This document shows positions 30,049 to 39,624 of a stretch of DNA of 64,000 nucleotides, one piece after another. A model generated the notes under the pieces. It was not told where the DNA came from and did not search any database. It saw only the letters and a list, made by a program, of their open reading frames with translations. How positions within the stretch are numbered: the stretch's first letter is position 1; each line of letters begins with the position of its first letter. The stretch is taken from IMG/VR virus record IMGVR_UViG_3300033463_000092; one strand, written 5' to 3'. The DNA is from an uncultured virus (IMG/VR IMGVR_UViG_3300033463_000092) (taxonomy: Duplodnaviria; Heunggongvirae; Uroviricota; Caudoviricetes). The translations under genes were made by a program, and so were the position numbers.

Positions 30049-30687
30049 AAAAAAGCCGAGAGGTAAGAATACCTTCGGCCTTAATCTATCCCGCAGATCG
30101 AATCCTCAACTAGCTCCGTCGGAGCTGTCTCCGAGAGGACTGGCCGCTTCCGGGCAACCACGGCCAACAGATCAATGTCGGAGTCATTTCACTGCTCACT
30201 AATACTAATGACCTTCAATTTTCCGGAAACTGAAGGGAGTTTTAGGAGTCGCGATCTCCTCTTTTGGCTTGTCTAACAACTTTCTTTGCTTCTGCTTTTG
30301 CTTTTTGCTTTGCCGGAAAAGAAACGGACTTACCATGGGCAGTTTCTCCTCTGCCCAGACCATGTTCTAATATTATTAAAACTTCTAAATCTTTTACTCA
30401 TGGCAAAAGATCAGGTACCGCTCTTTCAACGGATTTTATACATCCACAGGTGAAGTAAACCGGTCAAAAAACCTTCTTAACCTGCGATCCTCGTATTCTC
30501 AGTTGAGCTCTTCGCTTTCTGATTCTCCGGGATCTATTATAAAACTGATTTCCTTTTCTCATCTGCTCAGACTAATAAAATCAACAGCGGAATTTCTTTA
30601 TCCGCTCAGTCAACTTTATCAGAGCAAACCTACTTCGGAATCAGCTTATCTCAAAATTTTCAATCATCTAACGGAATCTCTTCCGTA
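30049..30687 (-). ncRNA. Large (~600 nt) ornate structured RNA, possibly ROOL/GOLLD-like
   Basis: Own promoter, boxB/boxA-like leader, at least 8 hairpins, no started ORF, intrinsic terminator 30049..30079; family assignment is inference. Confidence 0.6.
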
Positions 30688-30750
30688 TTTTTAATATAAC
30701 TTTCAACTTGAAAAAGTAAACAAGAAAAAAGAAAAAAGAAAAAAATGTAA

Positions 30751-30883
30751 TTCAACATTCTCGACTAACGATTGGTCGTTCGAAGTCAGAACAGCAATCA
30801 GGATTCATTCGAACGCTTACCTGAATCTCCGGTCTTTCCGGCATCGTTTTAGTTAAACTATTGCTGTCTTATAGAATGTTGAA
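30751..30883 (-). ncRNA. tRNA-like RNA with expanded T-loop inside an 11-bp outer stem
   Basis: ACAGCAA/TTGCTGT acceptor, GTTT/AAAC D arm, CCGG-AAAGA-CCGG arm, TCAGG/CCTGA T stem. Confidence 0.55.
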
Positions 30884-30938
30884 AAATCAAATCTGAACAA
30901 TTTAAGCTCAATAACCGACCAAGTTAATATAAGCTCCA

Positions 30939-31008
30939 CCAAGAAAGTTGGATTTGAACCAACACTCTCCGTTTCTCGCGGTGTTTTCACCATTTAAACT
31001 ACCTCTTG
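30939..31008 (-). ncRNA. tRNA-like RNA with truncated anticodon arm
   Basis: CAAGAGG/TTTCTTG acceptor, D arm, canonical GTTGG-TTCAAAT-CCAAC T arm, 3-bp anticodon stem, no U33, no CCA. Confidence 0.6.
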
Positions 31009-31106
31009 AAACCATCCAGATTTAATCTGTCCATTTTCAAATCAGCTTCGGAATTTTTATTTTCCGTATATTATAGTATAACTTTCAACTTGAAAAAGTA
31101 AACTCT

Positions 31107-31622
31107 TTAGTGATAAAATTTTGGGAGAATTTCCAGAACAAAATGTTGTTCGGCATCTTCATGAATAAATCCACCCAAGAAACCTGCCAAAGTCTTCTTT
31201 GTATCATAAATGATTTTCATTGCTTCTTTGAATGGACGAGGCTGTCCATCAGGATATGCACAGATAAGATTGTATGCCTTAGTAATAAGATCACAGGTTT
31301 TTGTTGCATCCTTTTCAAAATAAATTCTATTGATTACTTCAGCAACTTCCTGAGCGAACTTAAACTTATCAAATTTGTCATTCGCTGACTTCTTTGACTT
31401 TTTAGTCTTACTTACAGTTTCACAATCTTTTAGATATCGATTGACAATTTCATTTCCCATTAAATAAAGATCAGGCCCAACAACTCCAGGAATGCCTGAA
31501 TCTTCAAAAATAAATTCTACCTTATCAATGATATCTTTTGTTAGTCGAACAACAACATGATCCTTTTCTTCTTCAATATCAATAAACTTGTCATTCCCAA
31601 AAGTGATTGTCATTTCTTTCAT
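31107..31622 (-). CDS. Hypothetical protein
   Basis: GAGGAG SD. Confidence 0.7.
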   Translation of the reverse strand: MKEMTITFGNDKFIDIEEEKDHVVVRLTKDIIDKVEFIFEDSGIPGVVGPDLYLMGNEIVNRYLKDCETVSKTKKSKKSANDKFDKFKFAQEVAEVINRIYFEKDATKTCDLITKAYNLICAYPDGQPRPFKEAMKIIYDTKKTLAGFLGGFIHEDAEQHFVLEILPKFYH

Positions 31623-31684
31623 CTTTAGAACTCCTCCTCTATTTGAATCTTCACAATTTACTTTGTCTTTTCACTCGTTCTGCT

Positions 31685-32005
31685 TTAATTTTTATCAGAA
31701 ATTCCGATAAACCCCGGAACACTGAGAATAAATCCATCCTTAGTCCTAACGACATCACTATGTCCAGTAGCAGGACTAATGACATCAGAACGGTTAGCAG
31801 CTTGAGCAACAATTGCACTAACAATATAATAAGTATTTTCCTTAGGCTCTGGAAGCCCTTCAATTTTCCCAAAGGAAACTGATGCAATATTATTTTCATC
31901 AAATTTTGAGTATGTCATAGAAACCCTTGCAACATCACCAGATGCCTTGTAGATTGTTCCATCGTTAAGCCTAATATCATGAGGCGTGAGGTTAATGAAT
32001 TCCAT
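31685..32005 (-). CDS. Phage hypothetical protein (NLTPH...GLPE...YIVS pattern)
   Basis: Recognisable motif; AAGGAG SD. Confidence 0.75.
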   Translation of the reverse strand: MEFINLTPHDIRLNDGTIYKASGDVARVSMTYSKFDENNIASVSFGKIEGLPEPKENTYYIVSAIVAQAANRSDVISPATGHSDVVRTKDGFILSVPGFIGISDKN

Positions 32006-32007
32006 GA

Positions 32008-32394
32008 TTAAAGGTCTCCTTTCATAAGAATGTCAACGTGAAGATAATAGTTACGATCAAAGTAATCCGTCTGAATATCAGAGTTATCATAGTTATATGC
32101 TTCTCCAATCTTAAAGATTTTATTAAGAGCAACATCATCAACCATGTAAGCTCTAGCATCCATTGCAATAACGCACCCGCCATTTGCTTTGGTCTGTTTT
32201 ACAATTTCACTGAAAGATGAAAGAGGACCATCCTTAATACTAATGTTAATTCCATTGCTGGAATTCTTTCTTACAGAAAACTTCCATTCTTTTCCGAATG
32301 CTTCTTTCAGATCTACTCTCAGCTGCTTACAGATCCAAGTACGATTAAAACGTTCTGGATTGTTTTTATCAAATTTCTCTCCAACGAAATTCAT
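32008..32394 (-). CDS. LPD29-like domain protein
   Basis: KFSVR...YNYDNSDIQTDYFD. Confidence 0.7.
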   Translation of the reverse strand: MNFVGEKFDKNNPERFNRTWICKQLRVDLKEAFGKEWKFSVRKNSSNGINISIKDGPLSSFSEIVKQTKANGGCVIAMDARAYMVDDVALNKIFKIGEAYNYDNSDIQTDYFDRNYYLHVDILMKGDL

Positions 32395-32412
32395 CTTTCT
32401 TTTTCTCCTTAT

Positions 32413-33480
32413 TTAACCTTGTAAAATTTTCAGGAAGTAGGGCTGAATAAATTTGGAAACATATTTAGAAGCTTCTTTGCGAACTCTATCAAAATTGAAT
32501 TCCATATTTTCAGAAGCTTCTTTATATACTTCTTCTTCATATTCTTTATTGAAATCATTCCACATATCTTTGAGGTAAGAACCAAGAATCATACCGAACA
32601 TTCTATCATTGAGTTTCGTGGTATCAATTTTGCTCAGAACACTCATAAGTCTGGATTCTGTAACGAATTCAATAATGATGTTGAACCATTTCATTTCCAC
32701 TTCATTCATTGGAAGAACTTCTTTAGGCTCTTTGTTTTTGGAAATACGTTCTTTGAACTTAGTGCCTTTCTTTTTAAGGATAACCCTTTGACCATTGGGT
32801 TTGAAAAGTGCTCTATTAGGTTTGATAACAATACCTTCAGCAATGTTTCCCTCGATAATCGGAAGTCCCCAAAGAATATTGCCAGCTCTATCAACAAAAT
32901 CAATTGGATAATCCATGCATTCCTCTGCAGTTCCTCTTCCAAGAATAATAGGATAAGGAAGATTTACGGCTTTACAATATTTCACCACATCATCTTGAGT
33001 AAGAATTGCATGAGTTTTTCCATCAGGAAGCCTAATGACAATATCGAAAGGAACCCATTTGTTATCAGGATGATAATCCACTCTTCCCTGGATTTTGATA
33101 GCGCCTTTTACTTTTTCCACATCAGGGTGACGATACATACCGCCACAGAGTTCTCCATAGACGGTAAGGACAAATGGAAAGGTCAATTCAGGAAAATCTT
33201 TCTGAATAAGCTCTTTCATCTTGATGAGTTTCTCTTTTGCTCTTTCTTTCATGAAACAAGCAGTAGAACCTTGAAAGTCAGAACCAGGAGCATATACTTG
33301 AGTTCTGGAACCAACAATGAAGTTTCCATTTTCATCAATAGAGCATTGGCAATTACTTCCATCAATTTTCAATTCAATGACATATTCAATGGAAGGATCA
33401 AAGAATCCCTGCTCTTTTAATTCATTGATGAATTTATTGTTATACGTATTTTCAATTTCAGAGTATTTTTTGAAAATCAT
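32413..33480 (-). CDS. RNA ligase, Rnl2 family
   Basis: FKKYSEIEN, LKIDGSN, YGELCG, PFDI, EGIVIKP, ILKKK, RLMSVLSKI. Confidence 0.9.
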   Translation of the reverse strand: MIFKKYSEIENTYNNKFINELKEQGFFDPSIEYVIELKIDGSNCQCSIDENGNFIVGSRTQVYAPGSDFQGSTACFMKERAKEKLIKMKELIQKDFPELTFPFVLTVYGELCGGMYRHPDVEKVKGAIKIQGRVDYHPDNKWVPFDIVIRLPDGKTHAILTQDDVVKYCKAVNLPYPIILGRGTAEECMDYPIDFVDRAGNILWGLPIIEGNIAEGIVIKPNRALFKPNGQRVILKKKGTKFKERISKNKEPKEVLPMNEVEMKWFNIIIEFVTESRLMSVLSKIDTTKLNDRMFGMILGSYLKDMWNDFNKEYEEEVYKEASENMEFNFDRVRKEASKYVSKFIQPYFLKILQG

Positions 33481-33483
33481 TTT

Positions 33484-34080
33484 TCAGCCTTTCATGCTAT
33501 TTTTAATTTCATCAATCAATTTCCAATTTGCTGCTTTGCTGAAGATAACTTCTCTAATGTTTTTATCAGCTCCATTGTTTTCAGAAAATCTGTAGAAACG
33601 ATCAAGACTATAGTCATAATTTTTAAGGAAGGGAGTTTCAATAATTACTTCATATTGAATTTCTTCACGAGTATTGCAAATAACAATCTCAGCTCTGCTC
33701 ATTTCATAAGCATTCATTCCAGTCATAAAAATCTTAAGGAATTCCAGTCTGACGTCCTGCGAAGAAAGATTTTGAGTTTCGTAGAAAAATTCATCATTGT
33801 TTCGATCAATAAAATAAACTGAAAATTTCCAACCCTTTTTCATTTTGTTTTCAAGGCAATTGAAAAGATCGGTAAAAGTTTCAACGGCCTTCATTCTTTC
33901 TTTAGAATGGTCCCAAATCTTCAACTTCCAAGGATTATCGTAATCTTTCACATCAAAGATCTTTTCATCAAGAAAAGCTTTGTAATCTTTCTCTTCATCA
34001 AGTTCGGCAACCGCTTTCTGATGTTTTAGCTCTTCAAGCTGTTCTTCAAGTTCTTTAATTTTTTTATCAAGATCAGTCAT
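33484..34080 (-). CDS. Hypothetical protein with N-terminal coiled coil
   Basis: GAAAGGA SD before MTDLDKK; start revised. Confidence 0.75.
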   Translation of the reverse strand: MTDLDKKIKELEEQLEELKHQKAVAELDEEKDYKAFLDEKIFDVKDYDNPWKLKIWDHSKERMKAVETFTDLFNCLENKMKKGWKFSVYFIDRNNDEFFYETQNLSSQDVRLEFLKIFMTGMNAYEMSRAEIVICNTREEIQYEVIIETPFLKNYDYSLDRFYRFSENNGADKNIREVIFSKAANWKLIDEIKNSMKG

Positions 34081-34186
34081 TTCTTTTTCCTTTCCAGTTG
34101 TATTTCTATTATAATATAACAGAGAACTTGAATTTATAAACTGAAGTATAAACAAAAATGCCTCAAAGATTTGAGGCAAAATAAGA

Positions 34187-34274
34187 TGGTAGCCGGGACG
34201 GGACTTGAACCCGTATGCCTTCATCAGGCGACAGATTTTAAGTCTGTTGCGTCTGCCAATTCCGCCACCCGGCC
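34187..34274 (-). tRNA. tRNA-Leu(TAA)
   Basis: ACAGA-CT TAA AA-TCTGT, long variable arm, CCA. Confidence 0.95.
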
Positions 34275-34359
34275 ATAAAATTTATTTTTTAAATCAGCTT
34301 CTGAAGTTTCCTTCTGTATTTTTATTATAACTTTTTTTCTTAAAAAGTAAACTCTTTAA

Positions 34360-34740
34360 TTATCTGTTATTCTTCCAAAGATTTTCCATCTCTTCAAAAG
34401 TAAGATTACGAAGTTCTGAAATGGAAAGTTCATATTCTACATTCCAAAGATTGATTTCATTATTTTCCCAAAGCTCAAGTTCTTCTTTAGATGCAGCATG
34501 AAAACCATATTCATCCATTTGCTGCAAAGGATAGGAACTAATGATTTTTGCTTCTTTACCATAATCAATAACTTCAATGACCCCGCCGTTATAGGTTTTC
34601 ACAAACCATTGATAGGCTTCTTCAGGGGTGTTGAAAATTTTTTCATCAGCTTTGATTCTTGTAAAGGTTCCACTAATCTCTCCATTCGTATAATTGTCTT
34701 TGAAATAATTTTGATTGACAACAACAAGATATTTCATCAT
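34360..34740 (-). CDS. Hypothetical protein (DNYTxGE...INLW; paralog of 39625..39990)
   Basis: AAGGAG SD; start revised. Confidence 0.75.
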   Translation of the reverse strand: MMKYLVVVNQNYFKDNYTNGEISGTFTRIKADEKIFNTPEEAYQWFVKTYNGGVIEVIDYGKEAKIISSYPLQQMDEYGFHAASKEELELWENNEINLWNVEYELSISELRNLTFEEMENLWKNNR

Positions 34741-34756
34741 TTTTCTCCTTGTTACC

Positions 34757-35110
34757 TCAATTCTGATCTTTTCTGAGATTAAAATTATAAACAAGTTGTT
34801 CAGGTTTAAATTCAAGGAAAATTGTTTCAGGATCATACCATGTGAGGTGAAGATCATACTTTTTCATGAAATTTTTCAATTCAGGAGACCCATCAAAAAG
34901 ATCTTCATTATAATAATCAGCAATGGGCTTGCCATGAATAGTACATTCATTAGAAGTCCAAAGACCGTTTACTCCAAAAACACAACACTCATTTTTATCT
35001 GAGCCTCTCCAAAATTCAGAAAGAGGTTTTACAAAATTATGTCCTTCATCCATCAATCCTTTAAGCAATTCAACAAGTTCAAACTCTTTTTCAACTTTCT
35101 TATTCAACAT
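34757..35110 (-). CDS. Hypothetical protein
   Basis: Promoter and SD. Confidence 0.7.
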   Translation of the reverse strand: MLNKKVEKEFELVELLKGLMDEGHNFVKPLSEFWRGSDKNECCVFGVNGLWTSNECTIHGKPIADYYNEDLFDGSPELKNFMKKYDLHLTWYDPETIFLEFKPEQLVYNFNLRKDQN

Positions 35111-35649
35111 TTCTAAATCCTTCCTTTCTTTTTATATTATAACATTTTGAAATGAATAATAAACTAAAAAGCATTCAGAGCCAGATTCAATTCAAAGGAG
35201 AGAAAAATCAAATCCAGGTTTAGGTTAACCAGACCATTATCTGAATGCGTATATTTTTATTTTAATCATTTTTAAGAATAATTAAAAATTTGTAAAATTA
35301 CTGAATGTTCCATATTTAATAAACTTTACAATATCTAAAAAATTTTGATATTTATCAATAAGTTCTTTATCACTGTTTGCTTTTGCTGTTGCTAATTTTT
35401 TTGCAAAGTATTCTTCTAGTTCATTAAGTCTTTTTAGTTGTTCATCTGTCATTTTTATCTTAGTGCTTTCCTATTTTGACTTTGAATTTTCAACTTCAAC
35501 TTTGAATTTTCAACTTTAAATTTGTATAGACTATTTCAACTTAAAGTTTGAAACTTCAACTTCAATTTGAATAAGTTAAAGTAATTTTCTATTCTGATTG
35601 TTATTTATAACTTCTAAATAACAAATAAACAATTCAAAAATAAAATTGA

Positions 35650-35883
35650 TCAATTATTTTGACAATACTTCATCATCGCTTCAAGAGTTTTAGCATCAAG
35701 GTTGCAAAACCAATTGAGGAAAGATTCACGACAAAGATTAAACTTTTCGTTAATGTAATCCTTCGAAGGATTGCCAAAAATCTCAACATACATATCGGCA
35801 AAATCAAAATCGGACATACAATTGATATGACGGGCGAATTCCTGAAATTCATGAGCGGTGAAACAGGTCTGAGTGTCATTCAT
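35650..35883 (-). CDS. Hypothetical protein (paralog of 28568..28786)
   Basis: AAGGAG SD. Confidence 0.75.
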   Translation of the reverse strand: MNDTQTCFTAHEFQEFARHINCMSDFDFADMYVEIFGNPSKDYINEKFNLCRESFLNWFCNLDAKTLEAMMKYCQNN

Positions 35884-35918
35884 TTTTATTTTCTCCTTGT
35901 TTTTAGGTAATTTATAAA

Positions 35919-35995
35919 TGGTACTTCGGGCGAGACTCGAACTCGCGACCCTCTGCTTAGAAGGCAGATGCTCTATCCATCTGAGCTACCGAAGC
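35919..35995 (-). tRNA. tRNA-Arg(TCT)
   Basis: TCTGC-CT TCT AA-GCAGA; CCA. Confidence 0.95.
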
Positions 35996-36068
35996 ATTTT
36001 TCTCATATTTCAATATAACTTATTCATTCATCTTGTAAACCTTTTATTGAAAATTGATAATATAAAAA

Positions 36069-36163
36069 TATTGACATTTAAAGTTGTTTTTCATTCACCT
36101 TCTTTTTTTTTGATAGTATAAAAATTATTGACATTTAAAGTTGTTTTTCATTCACCTTCTTTT
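36069..36163. repeat. Perfect 38-bp direct repeat, two copies, in the AT-rich strand-switch region
   Basis: TATTGACATTTAAAGTTGTTTTTCATTCACCTTCTTTT at 36069..36106 and 36126..36163. Confidence 0.9.
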
Positions 36164-36508
36164 ATATTATATAATAAGGTAACAGTAGAAAATTTGAATT
36201 GAATTACTTCTTTATTTAATGTGTTTTAATTAATGAAGTTACACCAAGTATTGATGGAATTTTATTTTGAATTATTTTGAATTCAATTCAAAATTTGATT
36301 TGTAGCAATGAGAAAGTGATTTTGGAAATGATCAATGGTATTCTTTGATACCATGTTTTCATTTGAAAAATAAAGGATGCTGATATTAAAAATATAACAT
36401 GCAAAGTGAAAAAGTAAACTGAAAATCAAAGAAAAATCAAAAATAAATGCAAAATAAAAATCAGGATCAAGTTTACTTTTCCATTGTATATGTTAAAGAA
36501 ACTTTGTA

Positions 36509-36613
36509 CACTATGAACACTTTTCCCCGCCCCTTTGGGACAGACAGGAAAATGAACTCTCTCCTTTTCTCTGGTTGATATTAAAATATAACACGATCGA
36601 TGTGATAGTAAAC
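36509..36613 (-). repeat. Promoter-driven hairpin/G-tract element, copy 3 (at the transcription divergence point)
   Basis: Same core as copy 1. Confidence 0.9.
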
Positions 36614-36684
36614 TTAAGTTTACTTTTAAGTGATCTTAGTTATATTCATAATAGTTAATTCATTAAACGAAAGGAATACGAAAA

Positions 36685-36975
36685 ATGAAGAAGCTTGTTT
36701 TGATCGGTTTTGTTGGTGTTGTTATGCTCGGACTTGCTGGCTGTACTTATACTAATGTTTATGCTCCTACAGAAGTTGTTCGTGTATTTCCTCCTCCGAA
36801 GCCGCTTCCTATTATGTTCAGGCATGAAGGATATCCTGAGACCTATCACCTTCCTTCTCCTAAGCCTTTTCCCCGTCATCACCGTCCTATTGATCGCTCC
36901 ACCTCTCCGAGGAATCTTTGTCCGGAATGCAGGCATAAGCTTTCTCATCCGAAGTGTTCGCTTTGCGGTAAGTGA
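36685..36975 (+). CDS. Putative Pro-rich lipoprotein
   Basis: MKK plus hydrophobic stretch plus lipobox LAGC. Confidence 0.7.
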   Translation: MKKLVLIGFVGVVMLGLAGCTYTNVYAPTEVVRVFPPPKPLPIMFRHEGYPETYHLPSPKPFPRHHRPIDRSTSPRNLCPECRHKLSHPKCSLCGK

Positions 36976-37048
36976 AGTTTATTTTTTTGAAAAAGGTGTT
37001 ATATTTTTTAAAAGATATAACACTTTTTTTATTTTGAAAGGAGAAAAA

Positions 37049-37285
37049 ATGAAAGAGTCTGTTTTCGTTGCAAAATTTTTCAACAATAAAGATGAAGAAC
37101 TTATTATTGATGGACTTATAGATTGCATTGAGGCGGCAAAAAGATCAACTGTTGAATCAAGTTTTCTTTGGGAAGTTATTTCCATTTTTGATACTGATGA
37201 TAAACTTGTAGCGAAAATCGATTTTAAGAGAGATATGTTTTCTAATGGCTATAAGTTTAAAATGTTGGAAATCAATCACTTGTAA
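37049..37285 (+). CDS. Hypothetical protein
   Basis: AAAGGAG SD; start revised. Confidence 0.65.
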   Translation: MKESVFVAKFFNNKDEELIIDGLIDCIEAAKRSTVESSFLWEVISIFDTDDKLVAKIDFKRDMFSNGYKFKMLEINHL

Positions 37286-37701
37286 AGGAGAATCAAAATG
37301 AAACACATTATTTTTATATGCTTTATGCTTTCAATGACTATTATTGGATTTATCATTCTGTATCATGTTGTTTATGAAGACGGATATAAAGCAGCATGTG
37401 GAGATTTTTACAAAGGCAAATTAAAGTATGATCTCGTGACTAATCCTGATGGCACACGAGTTTGGAAAAAGATTAAAAAATAAAAATAAGGAAAATTAGA
37501 ATATGAAATGTCCAAAATGTAAAAAGAAATTGACAAGAACGCCTGCTTCATTAGGCGGAGATCAGAATTCTACTAAAGAAGATTTTTGCATTAAGTGTTG
37601 GCATCGTTATACTGATGATGAACTGAAAAAACTTAATGAGAAAAATGAAAAGAATAAGTAAGTTTACTTTAAAATGTTAGATTAAATAGGAGAACTAAAA
37701 A

Positions 37702-37929
37702 ATGATGGAACAGTCAAAAATCAATATGATTCAGGACATGATCAATGAAGAAATTTCAAATCGTGGTTTGATTACTAAAGATGGGAAGATTGTTTTTGCT
37801 ATCAATAATTTAACAGTTTCATTTCCAATTGATAAAAATAAGCCTGCTTGGAAGATTCTGAATGAAAGCTATCCCTATATGTATCGTGCACTTGAAGATG
37901 CAATTTTTGATGAACTTCATCCTTACTAA
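37702..37929 (+). CDS. Hypothetical protein ending IFDELHPY (shared with 45096..45314)
   Basis: AGGAG SD. Confidence 0.7.
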   Translation: MMEQSKINMIQDMINEEISNRGLITKDGKIVFAINNLTVSFPIDKNKPAWKILNESYPYMYRALEDAIFDELHPY

Positions 37930-38000
37930 TTGGTTTACTTTTTGAATTCCGGTGTTATATTTTAATATTGAACAACCACCAAAAAGAAAGGAAACACGTC

Positions 38001-38264
38001 ATGATCAAATCTGAAATCATGGATTTCGTTGAATCCAAAGGTACCGCTACTCGCCGGGAAATTGTTCAGTTTTATGTTGAAAAAATTAAGGGAAGAATCT
38101 TTGATCCTATTAAAGATCGGAATGTTTTAACTGTTGCATTAGGTGGTCCGGAAAAGTATTCTAAAGGGTACACTCGAGGCTATCTTAGGAAATCTGCTGG
38201 GAAAGACAAAAGATTCCTCGCCAAGAAGAAAAGAAATGAGTATTATGTTGAAAAGGGACTCTAA
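38001..38264 (+). CDS. Hypothetical protein (IMxFVE...RR family)
   Basis: Promoter and SD. Confidence 0.75.
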   Translation: MIKSEIMDFVESKGTATRREIVQFYVEKIKGRIFDPIKDRNVLTVALGGPEKYSKGYTRGYLRKSAGKDKRFLAKKKRNEYYVEKGL

Positions 38265-38342
38265 TCCCTTTTTTAAGTTTACTTTTTGAATTCAAGTGTT
38301 ATATTATAATAACAACCGCAACAACTTGATGGAGAACAAAAA

Positions 38343-38594
38343 ATGAACTATGTAGTGATTCACAAAACTCAGCTGAATGAGAATGCCGAAGTTTTTGGAC
38401 CTTTTGAAAGTATTGCAGCTGCTAAATCTTGGATGGCGCAGGATCTTGGAGATGCTGTCAAAGCTCTTGAAAGTCGCGGTGACAAAGTTAAAGATTTTTG
38501 GATCGACGGCGGAACTGAGAACGGAAAATTTGCAAACTGTGGAATTGAGCATACAAATGAAACTTGGGAAGTTGCTGAATTCTTTGGAAGATAA
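38343..38594 (+). CDS. Hypothetical protein (FGPFxxxxxAK family)
   Basis: Tandem paralog at 38680..38919. Confidence 0.75.
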   Translation: MNYVVIHKTQLNENAEVFGPFESIAAAKSWMAQDLGDAVKALESRGDKVKDFWIDGGTENGKFANCGIEHTNETWEVAEFFGR

Positions 38595-38679
38595 GTTTAC
38601 TTTTTGAATTCAGGTGTTATATTTTAATATCGATAACAAAATGAAAGAAGAAGTAAACAAATAAAGAGGAGATAAAAAT

Positions 38680-38919
38680 ATGAAATCGTTCATCGTTCTT
38701 TATACCCCTGAATCCGGCCACCTTGAATCTTTTGGCCCCTTTGAAACCTATGCTTCCGCCAAGGAATGGATGGCACAAGATTTTAATGACAATATGAAAG
38801 TTGCAAAAAAGTTTGATGTTGATCCTCAGTGGACTTGGAATGAAAGATCCTATGGAAATCTTGGCTCTTGTACTATTGAAGGTGTAGGCAGTTGGCAAAT
38901 TGTGGAACTCACAAAATAA
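38680..38919 (+). CDS. Hypothetical protein (FGPF family)
   Basis: Promoter and GAGGAG SD. Confidence 0.75.
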   Translation: MKSFIVLYTPESGHLESFGPFETYASAKEWMAQDFNDNMKVAKKFDVDPQWTWNERSYGNLGSCTIEGVGSWQIVELTK

Positions 38920-38981
38920 GATTTACTTTTTCTCGTCAAGTGTTATATTTCAATATACAAATCAAATAAAAGGAGATTCAA

Positions 38982-39554
38982 ATGAATAAGCTTACCAAGA
39001 TTGTTGATATCATTCACAATGATGAAGATAGTGTTATCCTTCGGGTTCAGGAAGGTAAACGAGTGGAACTCCTTACGACTGGATGCTTTAGTGGTAATGA
39101 GGAAATGATCATCATTTCCAAGCAGACCAAACGACATGATGGCATTGCTTTTCGAATTATGGAAGCCAATGGCAATAGTTTTTCCTTCACGGACAACACT
39201 CTCGTTTCCTCAACCCTCGCTGCAATGAAGAGCCTCATCAAAGAAACCGTGGTCATGGATTTTGGCATTCCGATTGAGGATCTCAGTTATGTGGAACTCC
39301 TGAAGCAGTTCAGCTACATCAAATCCCTTGAAGATGATCTGAATGCTCAGCATGCTTTTAAGATCAGTGGATTCTCCAAGGATGATATGGTTCTCAGAAA
39401 AGATGGTGCTTATATGTGTCATATCTCTCTGGACAATGCTATGGATTACCTTGAAGAACGGTATCATATTGTTTCAAAGACTCATAGTAATTCCAAGAGC
39501 ACCGGTTGTGACATCTACACTGTGGAAACTTCTCCGAAGAGTGAGGAAAAATAA
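38982..39554 (+). CDS. Hypothetical protein
   Basis: Promoter and SD. Confidence 0.8.
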   Translation: MNKLTKIVDIIHNDEDSVILRVQEGKRVELLTTGCFSGNEEMIIISKQTKRHDGIAFRIMEANGNSFSFTDNTLVSSTLAAMKSLIKETVVMDFGIPIEDLSYVELLKQFSYIKSLEDDLNAQHAFKISGFSKDDMVLRKDGAYMCHISLDNAMDYLEERYHIVSKTHSNSKSTGCDIYTVETSPKSEEK

Positions 39555-39624
39555 TACGGTTTACCTTTTTCCTCAAAATGTTATAATATAACAACCATTA
39601 AACTTCAACCAAAAAGGAAAGAAA

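Larger units (their letters stand above)
1938..36613 (-). promoter_or_regulatory. Dispersed leftward early-type promoters (about 40 copies), GTTTAC-N17-TATAWT with extended TG
   Basis: Recurring + strand string ATATTAAAATATAAC-N~11-AAAAAGTAAAC upstream of minus genes, e.g. 1938..1973, 5108..5143, 27113..27148, 30003..30038. Matches the T4 early promoter GTTTAC -35. Confidence 0.9.

Noticed and set aside
30242..30396. Lys/Ala-rich minus-strand frame (…AKQKAKAEAKKVVRQAKRGDRDS)
   Set aside because: No start codon after the upstream TGA, and it lies within a densely paired RNA
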